64,000 nucleotides of DNA from an uncultured Fimbriimonadaceae bacterium (GTDB lineage Bacteria > Armatimonadota > Fimbriimonadia > Fimbriimonadales > Fimbriimonadaceae). The first letter of the stretch is position 1. Each line of letters opens with the position of its first letter. The position numbers and the translations under genes were made by a program. Shown one piece after another: positions 32,021 through 42,000 of the stretch. The notes beneath the pieces are model-generated. The model saw nothing but the letters and a program-made list of their open reading frames with translations. It was not told where the DNA came from and ran no database searches. The stretch covers positions 40,372 to 104,371 of the forward strand of contig CAZPHD010000002.1 in assembly GCA_964586225.1 (NCBI GenBank), given 5' to 3'.

Positions 32021-32611
32021 GTGATTCTCGTTATCGACAACTACGACTCTTTCACCTACAACTTGGTGCAGTATCTGGGCCAGGCCGGGGCTGAGGTCGT
32101 GGTTCACCGCAACGACGAGATTGACCTTGATGCGATTCGTAAGCTCGATCCGGACGGGATCATGCTCTCTCCCGGGCCATGCACACCGCGGGAATCGGGT
32201 GTATGCCTTGATGTTCTGGGTGCGGCGCTGAGAGGTGATTTACCGCAGCCGATCTTCGGGGTTTGCTTGGGGCACCAAGCCATCGGTGAAGTCGCGGGCG
32301 GCGTGGTTAAGCAAGCCCGGCGAATCATGCATGGCAAAACTTCGATGGTGCGGCACGATGCCCAAGGGCTCTTTTCGGGCATGCCCAATCCGTTCCGAGC
32401 GGTGCGCTACCACTCGCTCGTAGTGACCGCGGACAGCGTGCCGATCGGCTTCACCGTGACCGCGACCGCCGAAGACGATAGCGAGATCATGGGGTTGCGA
32501 CATGAAACGCTCCCTATCGAAGGTGTTCAGTTTCATCCCGAGTCGGTGCTCACCGAGGAAGGCTTCCGCATCGTCGAGAACTTTGTCAAGCGCGTGGGCG
32601 CAAGGGTCTAA
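32021..32611 (+). CDS. trpG: Anthranilate/aminodeoxychorismate synthase glutamine amidotransferase component II
   Basis: ILVIDNYDSFTYNLVQYLG, GVCLGHQAIG (catalytic Cys), VQFHPES. Confidence 0.9.
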   Translation: MILVIDNYDSFTYNLVQYLGQAGAEVVVHRNDEIDLDAIRKLDPDGIMLSPGPCTPRESGVCLDVLGAALRGDLPQPIFGVCLGHQAIGEVAGGVVKQARRIMHGKTSMVRHDAQGLFSGMPNPFRAVRYHSLVVTADSVPIGFTVTATAEDDSEIMGLRHETLPIEGVQFHPESVLTEEGFRIVENFVKRVGARV

Positions 32612-32614
32612 GCC

Positions 32615-34996
32615 GTGAACTTGCGCGAATGGACGGTGGATTACGGCGAGGGGCCGCGGGCGGTGACGATCCCCCACGCCTGGCGTCAGGAGGTCCCAGT
32701 TTGGTGGGAGGGTCCAGCGATCTATCGAACCGTGGCCCGGCGGACCCAACCCGGCCCGCATCGGTTGCGGTTCGAAGGCGTCAGCTACGCGGCCGACGTG
32801 TGGGTGAATGGTCAACCTCTGGGGCGGCACGAGGGCATCTGGGATGCGTTCGAGTTCCTGCTACCGGATGCGGAGCAGTGGGACATTGAGGTGCGGGTCA
32901 CCAAGAACGGGGGCGAGACGTTTCCCGCGCGCGAGGTTGCGAGCGGGTTCATCCCCTTCGTGTATCACACGTTTGGGGGGATCTACAAACCGGTGGCTAT
33001 TGTGCCAGACCGTGACACCCAGCCCGGCGCCCCCGCCACCCGGCGAGCATGGGCGGTGGGCGCTCAAGTTTGGGTCGCAGACCACGATGCCCCGGCACCG
33101 AGCATCCAGGATGCCGCGCAGGCATGGCTCAAGCAGCGAAAGGGCGAGACCGTCGAAGCGCCGCCGACTGCGCAGGGAGATCGGCCGTTCTACGCCCGCG
33201 GGGTGCTCACCTGGGGCTGGTATCCCGAGATCGGTCACCTTAACCCGGATGACTCAACCATCCATCGAGAGATCGCCGAAACACGCCGGCTCGGATTCAA
33301 TCTCGTCAAGTTCTGTCTGTGGGTGCCGCCGCATCGCTACTTGGAGTTGCTTGATGAAGCAGGCCTGTACGCATGGATCGAGCTCCCCCTGTGGGACCCA
33401 ACGGCTGACACAGACGCCCAGCGACGGATGGCCGACGAGCTCGTCCGGATCGTCGAGCAATATCGCCATCATCCAAACGTGATCTTCTGGACGATTGGTT
33501 GCGAGCTTCACGAAACCACCACTGCCCGCTACCGCCAAGAACTCACGGAGCGCGTCCGCGAAGTGCTGATGACCCCGGATGGGCCAGCCGCGCTCGTCAA
33601 GGACAACTCTGGCAGCGCCGAGATGTACGGCGGCGACCTCAGGGAATACGGTGACTTCTACGACTTCCACCCGTATTGCGAAACGCCCTTCTATCCCGAG
33701 GTGTTGGACTCGCTGTTGATCGGCCCGCGCCCGGCGATGCCGATTCTGCTGGGCGAGTTCAACGACATCGATGTTCACCGCGATTTGGCAAGACTCGGCA
33801 AGGAGCTGCCCTACTGGATCCGGGATGACCGCGATCTAAATGATCAGGGCGTCCGGTGGCAACACGACTTGCCCGGCGTGATTCCCCAGAACCGATTTGC
33901 GCTCGCGCCCGGCGAACATCGGAGTGCTGCCTTACAGGCAAGTTCAGTTGTCAAGGCGGCGTTCGTGCGCAAATTGGTGCAAGAGCAAGTCCGCGCTCGG
34001 AGCGACATCGCCGGTTATGTCGTGACGGGGTGGCGTGACACGCCGATCAGTTCAGCCGGGATGCTTGATGACTGGGACCAACCCCGGTTTACCGCCGAAG
34101 ACCTCGCTCACTGGAACGGCGAGGCGTGTCTCTTCCCGATCCTGGTGAGGCGTCCACCGTGGGTGCATGGCGGCAATCGTCCCGGATGGCGCGACCCGTT
34201 CAATCACTTCGCGGGACGCGTTTTCTGGCGCGTGGGAGCGCATTGTGAAGTTGAGACCGAGGGCACCCTCGAATGGGATTGTGTGAACTTCACGTGGGAG
34301 GGCATTCGGCGACCCGCCGGCCGAGTGGCATTTGGCACGGCGGAGCCCATGTCCGTCGAGGCGATGGTGAGCAAAGAAATCGGCCAAATGAGTATCGACC
34401 TTGAACGGCCGGGCGGCTACTTGCTCCGCGCTCGCTTTGCCGGTGCCGAAAACACGTGGCCGCTTTGGGTGGTGCCCGCCCTAGGTCCCGCCGAGTTCGA
34501 AGAGTGGGGACTTGACGATCCACGCGGATGCTTCGATGATCTCAAGCTGGGCGGCACGAGTGGCTACATCACCACGCGTTTCGGCGCGAGCAGCGAGCGG
34601 GGCATGGTCTTCCTCCAGGATGAAGGCACACGCAAGATGCCGTTCTGGCGCGAGGCAGCTTACGAGTTCTTTAACGATCGATTTTGGGAACCAACGGGCA
34701 TGCGCGATGCATGGTCACGTTGGCTCCCGATCACCCCGGATGCGGCGCTCGATATGGACACGATTCGGCAGGGGTATCCGCGCTGGGAGTTCGATGTGTT
34801 GCTGAATCGAGTTGACGTGCGCACCTACGCCGAGAACCCAATTCTGATCCGCGCGGTCAAGGGGACGGCCGAGTTGTTGATCACGACCGTTCGACCCTAC
34901 GGGGGATTGGGATTCGGCCCGCGCGGAGTGACCCGCAATCCGTCGGGGGCCGAGTTTCTCCGGCATGGCATACGTTGGTTATCGGCAACCCGTTAG
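32615..34996 (+). CDS. Glycoside hydrolase, GH2-like (sugar-binding N-domain plus TIM barrel)
   Basis: RLRFEGVSYAADVWVNGQPLGRHEGIWDAFEF (GH2 N-terminal pattern). NLVKFCLWVPPHRYLELLDEAGLYAWIELP (barrel). No signal peptide seen. The specificity is unknown. Confidence 0.6.
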   Translation: MNLREWTVDYGEGPRAVTIPHAWRQEVPVWWEGPAIYRTVARRTQPGPHRLRFEGVSYAADVWVNGQPLGRHEGIWDAFEFLLPDAEQWDIEVRVTKNGGETFPAREVASGFIPFVYHTFGGIYKPVAIVPDRDTQPGAPATRRAWAVGAQVWVADHDAPAPSIQDAAQAWLKQRKGETVEAPPTAQGDRPFYARGVLTWGWYPEIGHLNPDDSTIHREIAETRRLGFNLVKFCLWVPPHRYLELLDEAGLYAWIELPLWDPTADTDAQRRMADELVRIVEQYRHHPNVIFWTIGCELHETTTARYRQELTERVREVLMTPDGPAALVKDNSGSAEMYGGDLREYGDFYDFHPYCETPFYPEVLDSLLIGPRPAMPILLGEFNDIDVHRDLARLGKELPYWIRDDRDLNDQGVRWQHDLPGVIPQNRFALAPGEHRSAALQASSVVKAAFVRKLVQEQVRARSDIAGYVVTGWRDTPISSAGMLDDWDQPRFTAEDLAHWNGEACLFPILVRRPPWVHGGNRPGWRDPFNHFAGRVFWRVGAHCEVETEGTLEWDCVNFTWEGIRRPAGRVAFGTAEPMSVEAMVSKEIGQMSIDLERPGGYLLRARFAGAENTWPLWVVPALGPAEFEEWGLDDPRGCFDDLKLGGTSGYITTRFGASSERGMVFLQDEGTRKMPFWREAAYEFFNDRFWEPTGMRDAWSRWLPITPDAALDMDTIRQGYPRWEFDVLLNRVDVRTYAENPILIRAVKGTAELLITTVRPYGGLGFGPRGVTRNPSGAEFLRHGIRWLSATR

Positions 34997-35050
34997 CCCT
35001 CCGCTTGGTATAATCTTTCATCGGTTGATTCGCCGATCTACTCTGGACCG

Positions 35051-35422
35051 ATGGGTCCAAGAGGGTGGAGAGCCATGGTCTATCGTCCCCTTCGCTATGA
35101 GCAGATGATGCGGGCGGCGGAGTCGTTCGATGTTCGAGCGCGACGCATGTTTGGCGGGATGGGTGTCTATACCGGCGAGAAGATGTTTGCCTTCTTGATC
35201 GGAGACGACATCGGCCTAAAGCTGTGCCCGGATGACCTTGAGGAAGCGATGGGGCTCCCAGGTGCGACAGCGCTTCGTCCGGACCCCAACTCAGAGCCGA
35301 TGCGTGAGTACGTGAAGATGCCGCGCGACATTCTCGACAACTACGAGATCTTTATGATGTGGGTCGAGCGGAGCGCGATCTACGCTCAATCGAAACTGCC
35401 TCAAGCCTCCGGCGGCGATTAG
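35051..35422 (+). CDS. TfoX N-terminal domain protein
   Basis: RRMFGGMGVYTGEKMFAFLIGDDIGLKL is the TfoX_N signature. The start is uncertain (35051 or 35075). Confidence 0.7.
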   Translation: MGPRGWRAMVYRPLRYEQMMRAAESFDVRARRMFGGMGVYTGEKMFAFLIGDDIGLKLCPDDLEEAMGLPGATALRPDPNSEPMREYVKMPRDILDNYEIFMMWVERSAIYAQSKLPQASGGD

Positions 35423-36141
35423 CGCTGCTTCGGGCAGTAGAGTCGCAACACGCCGATTTGGCGATATCCCAGTTGCGGATAGAGGTAGCCCCCCGCAGTG
35501 CTGGCGAGCAACACGCTCGATTCCCGTCCAAGCTCGCGATCGTCGAGCAGAAGTCGACTCATGAGCGCGCGCCCATAGCCTCGGCGGCGCAAGTCGTTCG
35601 GGACCCACAAATCGCCCACCCACGCATCGGCACCGACGTCTCGACTGGTGACCCACCCGTAGTCTCGGGTCCTATCCCAGATCGCGTATTGCCGAAGGTC
35701 GTCCATCCACCTTCGGGGTTGCGGAACCATCTGCGGGATCGAAATGAGCTCAGATTCGCTCTCGATCAGGCGGACCTCGGGTTCGCATCGTGCGGTGGGA
35801 ATGTCTGTTAAGTCGTGGACGAAGAGTCCTTCGGTGGCCAGGGGTCGGTAGCCGAGGTCTCGATAGGCATGATCCGAAGCTGCGAGTTCATCCGTCGACT
35901 CGAGCATGGCACCTACAAAGTGCCAACCGACCAGTTCTTGGGCGCGCTGAACGACCAGTTCCGGCGGCACTCCATAGACGATCACTTCGGATTTGCGCGG
36001 CTTACGTCGCGGCAAGTCATCGGCCATCGTCCACAACACGCCAGCAGGTACCTCGTGTCGCGTGGTCAGATAGGGATGCGTTCGGCTCTTGTTCGCGGCG
36101 AAAGCGCGGACGAACACCTCAAGCGCCCGTGGAATGTCCAT
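35419..36141 (-). CDS. GNAT family N-acetyltransferase
   Basis: RRRGYGRALMSRLL (acetyl-CoA Q/RxxGxG/A motif) in the C-terminal half. Its stop overlaps the TfoX stop (TTAG). Confidence 0.7.
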   Translation of the reverse strand: MDIPRALEVFVRAFAANKSRTHPYLTTRHEVPAGVLWTMADDLPRRKPRKSEVIVYGVPPELVVQRAQELVGWHFVGAMLESTDELAASDHAYRDLGYRPLATEGLFVHDLTDIPTARCEPEVRLIESESELISIPQMVPQPRRWMDDLRQYAIWDRTRDYGWVTSRDVGADAWVGDLWVPNDLRRRGYGRALMSRLLLDDRELGRESSVLLASTAGGYLYPQLGYRQIGVLRLYCPKQR

Positions 36142-36156
36142 GCTCTGCTGAGCATA

Positions 36157-36699
36157 TCAGAAGCCTTCGAGCTCAGCCGTGAACTTGCCCTGGAGCCAGG
36201 TGCGGTCCTTCGTGGGTAATCGCAAATCTATGGTGCCCGCGATCTGCCCCTTTTGAATCTGACCAAACCGAAGCTGGACGTCAATCAACTCGTGCCACAT
36301 CTGGAACTCCTTGAGCCCACGGGCTGGCTTAGGTGTTCGAGTGTGGATGCCGATGACTCCGAGGCCAACAGAAGCGGGTTGATTCCGCTTCGGATAGTGC
36401 TGCGCTCGGAAGGCCTCCGTGCCCATCTTGAGAGGCAAGTTGTTTATACGATGACCACTGATCCGCGTCCCCGGCGGCAGCTGAATGATTACGATCAGCT
36501 CTTCCTCGGGCATAAACTCGGCCCCGCGCTGGAAGGTCAGCCAGTAGACCTCGGCTCGGTCGGTGAATCCGCTGGACGTTGCCGTGGCGTAATCCTTGAA
36601 CTTCTGCAGTTTGGCTTGGCTGGGGGCAAAGGGTGCGCCGCAAATGGCACCCGTGGCCTTGGTTTGGCTAAGCACAAGAACTGTGAGTCCGACGAGCAT
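36157..36699 (-). CDS. Hypothetical secreted protein
   Basis: N-terminal hydrophobic signal (MLVGLTVLVLSQTKATGA). No recognisable family. Confidence 0.4.
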   Translation of the reverse strand: MLVGLTVLVLSQTKATGAICGAPFAPSQAKLQKFKDYATATSSGFTDRAEVYWLTFQRGAEFMPEEELIVIIQLPPGTRISGHRINNLPLKMGTEAFRAQHYPKRNQPASVGLGVIGIHTRTPKPARGLKEFQMWHELIDVQLRFGQIQKGQIAGTIDLRLPTKDRTWLQGKFTAELEGF

Positions 36700-36753
36700 A
36701 CTGTGTTCATCGGGAATTGGCCGTCTGAAAAGCCTGATGGAATTGCGGGATTC

Positions 36754-38133
36754 CTACTTTGGAGGCGCCGCGACAACCTTGACTCCAGCCGCTGCGAGCT
36801 TGCCACGGGCAAAGGCGGATACGAAGACGGTCCCTTCTCCAGTTGCCCGAAGAAAGCCGCCCTGATCGATCCACCCGCTGCCGGTAGCCGACCAGATCAC
36901 CTCCGCGTTAGCAAGCGGCGTACCCTTGTCATCGAACACACGCAAGTAGGTCGTGGTGCCAGCATTGACGGACTCGGGTAGCGGAATGGTGAGCGCGACC
37001 GGTTCTTCACGGGGTGCTGGGGCGAGAAAGACAACCCCGTTGGCGATTTCTCGCTCGCGACCTTCGGATGGACGGCTGACGGTTTGGCCGAGCACATTCA
37101 GCGATGTCGAGCCACCGCCGTCGAGGTTGATCGCGTCTTGACAACCCAAACGCTGCATCACCCGCGCAAGCTCTTCAAGCGTGGCTCCGTCGCTCACTTG
37201 CTGTCGACCATCCACCGTCACCCACCAGAGATCACCTTCTGAAGTGCGACCGATGGCCGTACGAGGGTGGCGACGCGTTGCGAACACGGCATCGAACCCT
37301 TGCTCGGTGGCGTCGACGGCCAAGGTTCCGTTGCGCACCAAATGGGGTCCACCCCCGATCACACTATCGATCTTCGACCAGTCGAAGCCATCAACTTGAA
37401 GGTCGATGGTCACTCGTTGGCCGGGTCGAAGACTGGCGACGAACGGCATCATGGTTCCGGTCGCCGTCAACAGTTTGTTGCCAGGAGCGATGGGCACCGA
37501 CGCGGCGTCTGTCATGAGATACTGAACCTCGCCGACCACCTTCGTGCCGACTTCAAACTTGCCCTCGACGACCTTGATGACGGCATTCACGCAGTTTGCG
37601 GTGCTCGACTGGGCGATCCCTGCTCGTTCAGAGTTCAATGAGATCGAGTTTGCATTGCACGCTTCGTTGAACTGAGGAATCGGAATTGGCCCGCTACCTT
37701 CAAGCGTCATGGTCAACCGACCTACCGGTTGAGCGGATTGAGACGCACTTGGGCCCCATCCGAAAGCGCTCCGGCCGGGAAAGGGGAGGCTCAACAGTTC
37801 GCGGTTGCGGACCATCAGTCCCAGTGGATCGCCCGTAAACGGGAAGAAGTCAGCGTTAATGGCGGCAATCGCCCCTGTGCGCCTTGCCATTTGGGCGAGG
37901 GTCTCCCGTCCGCGCGCGGGGCCATCCGCATAGATGACTCCAAGTCCCAGCTCGGGAACTGCTTGAACGACCTTTGCGCCCGGCGTCCAACGCAAGGCAT
38001 GGATCATCCGAGGCTGGGTCGTGTCAACCTCGCTTCGATAGGTGAGGCCGGGAGCAATGAGCTTTTCCCAGACCTGCGTTGGCGCAACGGCGGCTGCACC
38101 GAGAAGCGCGACAAGGAGCCCGACGCGCCTCAT
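36754..38133 (-). CDS. Phosphodiester glycosidase (DUF2233/NAGPA-like) family protein, secreted
   Basis: Signal peptide. GAIAAINADFFPFTGDPLGLMV and AINLDGGGSTSL motifs. The C-terminus is Ig-like. Confidence 0.7.
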   Translation of the reverse strand: MRRVGLLVALLGAAAVAPTQVWEKLIAPGLTYRSEVDTTQPRMIHALRWTPGAKVVQAVPELGLGVIYADGPARGRETLAQMARRTGAIAAINADFFPFTGDPLGLMVRNRELLSLPFPGRSAFGWGPSASQSAQPVGRLTMTLEGSGPIPIPQFNEACNANSISLNSERAGIAQSSTANCVNAVIKVVEGKFEVGTKVVGEVQYLMTDAASVPIAPGNKLLTATGTMMPFVASLRPGQRVTIDLQVDGFDWSKIDSVIGGGPHLVRNGTLAVDATEQGFDAVFATRRHPRTAIGRTSEGDLWWVTVDGRQQVSDGATLEELARVMQRLGCQDAINLDGGGSTSLNVLGQTVSRPSEGREREIANGVVFLAPAPREEPVALTIPLPESVNAGTTTYLRVFDDKGTPLANAEVIWSATGSGWIDQGGFLRATGEGTVFVSAFARGKLAAAGVKVVAAPPK

Positions 38134-39047
38134 GCGACCCCCAACAGCGACAGTCGCCCCGCGTCGGCGTCGAGTTCGACGTTTGCTCCCATGGGCAAGG
38201 TGAGCATCGCGGAGTTGTGACCAAACGGATACTCAACGATCATCGGCTTGCCGAGCGGTCCCAAGCGATCCTCGACAATCTCTCGCCAGGGCCGACGTCC
38301 GATCGTCGCGTCTTCGCGAGTATCGGTGCCCGTCATCTCGCCAATGACGAAACCCGCGGCGGCCTGGGCATGTCCGGTATTGAGCATCTGAGTCAGCATG
38401 GCGTCTACGCGGTGAGGGTTCTCATCCACGTCTTCGATTAGGACGATCCGGCCCTCCGTTTCGATGGCGTCGGGCGTGCCGATGCTGTCGGTGATTAGGC
38501 AGAGGCAGCCACCCGTGAGCCGGCCAGTCGCTTTGCCGCCAACGACCGTCTTGCCGGATGGCGAGTCGGGATGAATCGGATCGCGACCCTCCAGGCTCAG
38601 TTTGAGGGACTCCTCCACCCAGGGTTCTCGCTCCCGGGACAGGGTTAGGAGCATGGGCGCGTGATACGTGATGAGGCCCCTCCGATTCAGCGCGAGGTGA
38701 AGCGTGGTGATGTCGCTGAACCCAAAGAACGGCTTTCCGCTGGCCGCGATCCGATCGAGGTCGAGGTAGGGAAACAGCCGGGCACAGCCATAACCACCGC
38801 GTGAGCACAAGACGGCGGCGATATCCGGGTCGTCAAATGCGCGCTGGAGGTCCGCGGCACGGTGGGGGTCGGACCCTGCGAGGTAGTCGGTGTGCTCTAG
38901 CGCATGGGGAGACAGTGTCACGCGGTAGCCCCACGATTCGAGCAAGGACATTCCACGGGACAGTTTTTCGAGCGTGATGGAAGAAGCAGGCGAAACGATC
39001 TCAATCCGATCGCCTGGATTCAACGCCGCCGGTTTGCGCATGCTCAA
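38130..39047 (-). CDS. LD-carboxypeptidase (peptidase S66, LdcA/MccF-like)
   Basis: IEIVSPAS..., FFGFSDITTLH (nucleophile Ser), and a C-terminal FGH motif. ATGA overlap with the downstream gene. Confidence 0.85.
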   Translation of the reverse strand: MSMRKPAALNPGDRIEIVSPASSITLEKLSRGMSLLESWGYRVTLSPHALEHTDYLAGSDPHRAADLQRAFDDPDIAAVLCSRGGYGCARLFPYLDLDRIAASGKPFFGFSDITTLHLALNRRGLITYHAPMLLTLSREREPWVEESLKLSLEGRDPIHPDSPSGKTVVGGKATGRLTGGCLCLITDSIGTPDAIETEGRIVLIEDVDENPHRVDAMLTQMLNTGHAQAAAGFVIGEMTGTDTREDATIGRRPWREIVEDRLGPLGKPMIVEYPFGHNSAMLTLPMGANVELDADAGRLSLLGVA

Positions 39048-39059
39048 CAGTATGACGGG

Positions 39060-40157
39060 CTAGACCTTGAGCTTGAACATGGCATACTCAAGCGCCTTCA
39101 GCGTGTAGGCAAGCGCAACGATCAAGAAACACACGAGCAAGATCTCGTGAAACGGCAGTGCGCTCCCCGTCATCTTTTGGGTTACGCCACCCTCCGCCTG
39201 GTAGGTCAACTTGGAGAACGTGCGGTCGAGGCCGGACAGGAGTTGTCTCGTGCCCACCAAGAGGGGCTCACGCAGAAGGGCGTACAGGCCGATGTAGCCG
39301 AGAACGACCATCGGCAACGCCAGCTTGTACTTGTGCTTCTGATGCTCGTTGAAAATCACGCACTGGCGGCAGCGCTCCTTCTTGGCCTCGGCCGAGAGCT
39401 TGTGATTCTGGGGGATGTAGCGAGCAGCAGCGATCATGTCCTTGGGAATCGGGCGATTCTCCATGGCGTTGCGAATGACTTCCTCTTCGCACATGCACCC
39501 AACCCGCTCGCGCCAGCAGGTCCTTCGAGCGTGGTAAATCGGGCAACGCTCACGGACAAACTTGCGGCAGAAGGGAAGCTGCCAGCACTTGCCCATGAAC
39601 ACGTTTTGGACGTCGCGCTCCTCCTTTTGCCCCTTGCCGTACTTGAGCTGATCGGCCTTTGAGCCTTCCCGAGCGCGGAGACGAGCTCGCGTGCCGATAT
39701 CGGCCACCAGCACAGCGAGGCTGAGCATCCCCATGACGGTGCCGCCTTGCTGGAGCGTGGCCAACGCCTGCGCGCCGACCTGGTCGGGTACACCGCCGAC
39801 CGACCCGCCCATCATGCTCGGGATGTAGATCGGAGTGAACCACAGGGCTGCCGAGGCCCCCAACTGAAAAACGCCCAGGGTTTCCTCGCCCCAGAACATG
39901 AACGTCGTGCCCACGATCGCGGCAACGCCACCGGCGAGAAGCAACTTCTGTAGCAAGGCGATGTTGTTCAGCGCTTGCTCAGCACTGCCTGGCGGCTGAT
40001 TTCCCGTAAACGCCGAGTAGGTCATCACGAGGAAGCCGACAGAAATGACCAACGCCGCCAATCCGCCCCAAAGTGAAAACTTGGCAACATTATCCAACAC
40101 CGATGCCAAGGCTTCATCGGCATCGAATCGCGACCCGTACTTCTCGCGCTTACTCAT
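39060..40157 (-). CDS. Hypothetical multi-pass membrane protein with a cytoplasmic 8-cysteine module
   Basis: About 6 TM helices. aa 191-266 read CWQLPFCRKFVRERCPIYHARRTCWRERVGCMC...CRQC. No family recognised. Confidence 0.6.
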   Translation of the reverse strand: MSKREKYGSRFDADEALASVLDNVAKFSLWGGLAALVISVGFLVMTYSAFTGNQPPGSAEQALNNIALLQKLLLAGGVAAIVGTTFMFWGEETLGVFQLGASAALWFTPIYIPSMMGGSVGGVPDQVGAQALATLQQGGTVMGMLSLAVLVADIGTRARLRAREGSKADQLKYGKGQKEERDVQNVFMGKCWQLPFCRKFVRERCPIYHARRTCWRERVGCMCEEEVIRNAMENRPIPKDMIAAARYIPQNHKLSAEAKKERCRQCVIFNEHQKHKYKLALPMVVLGYIGLYALLREPLLVGTRQLLSGLDRTFSKLTYQAEGGVTQKMTGSALPFHEILLVCFLIVALAYTLKALEYAMFKLKV

Positions 40158-40199
40158 CGCTCGGTTCCAATCCGGTCTCCCTGGAGTTGACCCAGGATT

Positions 40200-40769
40200 C
40201 TACTTCTTGACGCGCTCGAGATAGGTATCCGTTCGCGTATCAATCTTCACAATGTCGCCTTCGTTGATGTGGAAGGGCACATTGATGACTGCACCAGATT
40301 CGAGTTTTGCCGACTTGGTCGCCCCGCCGCTGACGGTATCGCCCTTGTATCCAGGCTCGGTCTCAACAATCTCAAGTTCGACAAAGCTCGGCAACTCGTA
40401 GCCCAGCACTTCGCCGTTGGCTTCTAGTGCGATGATCTCCATCTCGTCCTTGAGATACTTCGCTTGATCCCCAAGCACCGATTCTTCGACGGGATCCTGC
40501 TCGTAGCTGTCGAGGTCCATCAGGATGAGCTGCGTGCCCTGTCGGTATAGGAACTGCTTCTTCACCTTTTCAACGAAAACGGGCTCTACTTTTTCGCCCG
40601 ATCGGAAGGTTCGTTCAAGCACGGCACCGGACTTCACCTTGCGGAGTCGCGTACGCACAAATGCCCCGCCCTTACCTGGCTTTACATGCTGAAACTCGAT
40701 GATCGTCCACACATCGCCGTCAAGGCTGATGTGCATCCCGTTGCGAAAATCACTTGTGTCGACTGCCAA
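40200..40769 (-). CDS. efp: Elongation factor P
   Basis: TTG start giving (M)AVDTSDFRNGMHISLDGDVWTIIEFQHVKPGKGGAFVRTRLR. Full-length 189 aa. Confidence 0.9.
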   Translation of the reverse strand: MAVDTSDFRNGMHISLDGDVWTIIEFQHVKPGKGGAFVRTRLRKVKSGAVLERTFRSGEKVEPVFVEKVKKQFLYRQGTQLILMDLDSYEQDPVEESVLGDQAKYLKDEMEIIALEANGEVLGYELPSFVELEIVETEPGYKGDTVSGGATKSAKLESGAVINVPFHINEGDIVKIDTRTDTYLERVKK

Positions 40770-40824
40770 TTCTCTGGTCCTCTGAGGGTCAATTGTGGCA
40801 CGGATTTGAGTGTATGATGCGCCC

Positions 40825-42000
40825 ATGAAGGATCTTGCGGCGCTGGTTGAATCCGATCGCGCCCACTTGGAGCACATTCGGCGCGATCTCCACGCGCATC
40901 CCGAACTCGGCTACGAGGAGCATAGGACGGCTTCTGTCGTTCGCCGAGAGCTGGAGTCAGCCGGTGTTCAGGTTGTCTCCGGCCTCGCAGGGGGAACGGG
41001 CGTTTTGGGCTATTTGCCGAGCACCGGCGAAGAGGCTGCGCCAACGGTTGCCCTACGAGCCGACATGGATGCACTCCCCATCGAAGAACTCACCGGCCTT
41101 GATCACGCTTCGCGCCACGCGGGCAAAATGCACGCCTGCGGCCACGACGGGCATACAACCATCCTGATCGGTGCGGCTCGCGCGCTGGCCCAGACCGAGC
41201 GCCCGAACCATGTGCTCTTCGTGTTTCAGCCCGCCGAGGAGGGTGGCGCGGGCGGCAAGCGGATGTGCGAAGACGGTGTGCTTGAGGGACGCGTTCTCGG
41301 GCGGCCCGCGGATCGTATCTTTGGCCTCCATTGCTATCCGGGATTGCAGGTCGGCGAGGTGTCGAGCCGCGCAGGCACGATGATGGCCAACGCCGACAAC
41401 CTGCGAATCCGTGTGTTTGGCAAGGGTGGCCATGCCGCGATGCCCCACACGGGCATCGATCCGATTGTCGTCTCAAGTCACCTGATCGTCGCGATGCAAT
41501 CGATCGTGTCGCGAGCGGTGAGCCCGCTGGATTCTCTGGTCATCACGTTCGGCCAGGTTCAAGCGGGAACCGCCCACAACATCATTCCCGAGCGCACCGA
41601 CTTGGTGGGCACCGTCCGCACGCTTACGGCCGAAGCCCGGGCGCTGGCCGAGCGACGAATCAACGAAGTCGCGAACGGAGTTGCGGCCGCGTTTGGCACT
41701 CGGATCGAGGTTGACTATGAGTACGGCTATCCGGCGGTAGTTAACGATGCCGATCTCGTGGACGTCTTCAAGGCTTCGGTTGGCGAGCGCGTCATGGCCG
41801 ATCCGATCCCGGTAATGGGGGGTGAAGACTTCAGCTTCTATGGTCAGCAGGTTCCGGCATGCTTCTACTGGTTAGGACTGATGGCTCCTGGCCAGACCTC
41901 ATATCCCAATCTCCACGCTCCTGAGTTCGACTTTAACGATGCGGCCCTGCCCGTCGGGGTGCGCGCCATGTGCCGCCTGGCCACCGCCCCGGTCGCATGA
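40825..42000 (+). CDS. M20D amidohydrolase (N-acyl-L-amino acid amidohydrolase / hippurate hydrolase family)
   Basis: IRRDLHAHPELGYEEHRT, MHACGHDGH, FQPAEEGGAGG motifs. Start at ATG 40825 preferred over GTG 40810. Confidence 0.85.
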   Translation: MKDLAALVESDRAHLEHIRRDLHAHPELGYEEHRTASVVRRELESAGVQVVSGLAGGTGVLGYLPSTGEEAAPTVALRADMDALPIEELTGLDHASRHAGKMHACGHDGHTTILIGAARALAQTERPNHVLFVFQPAEEGGAGGKRMCEDGVLEGRVLGRPADRIFGLHCYPGLQVGEVSSRAGTMMANADNLRIRVFGKGGHAAMPHTGIDPIVVSSHLIVAMQSIVSRAVSPLDSLVITFGQVQAGTAHNIIPERTDLVGTVRTLTAEARALAERRINEVANGVAAAFGTRIEVDYEYGYPAVVNDADLVDVFKASVGERVMADPIPVMGGEDFSFYGQQVPACFYWLGLMAPGQTSYPNLHAPEFDFNDAALPVGVRAMCRLATAPVA

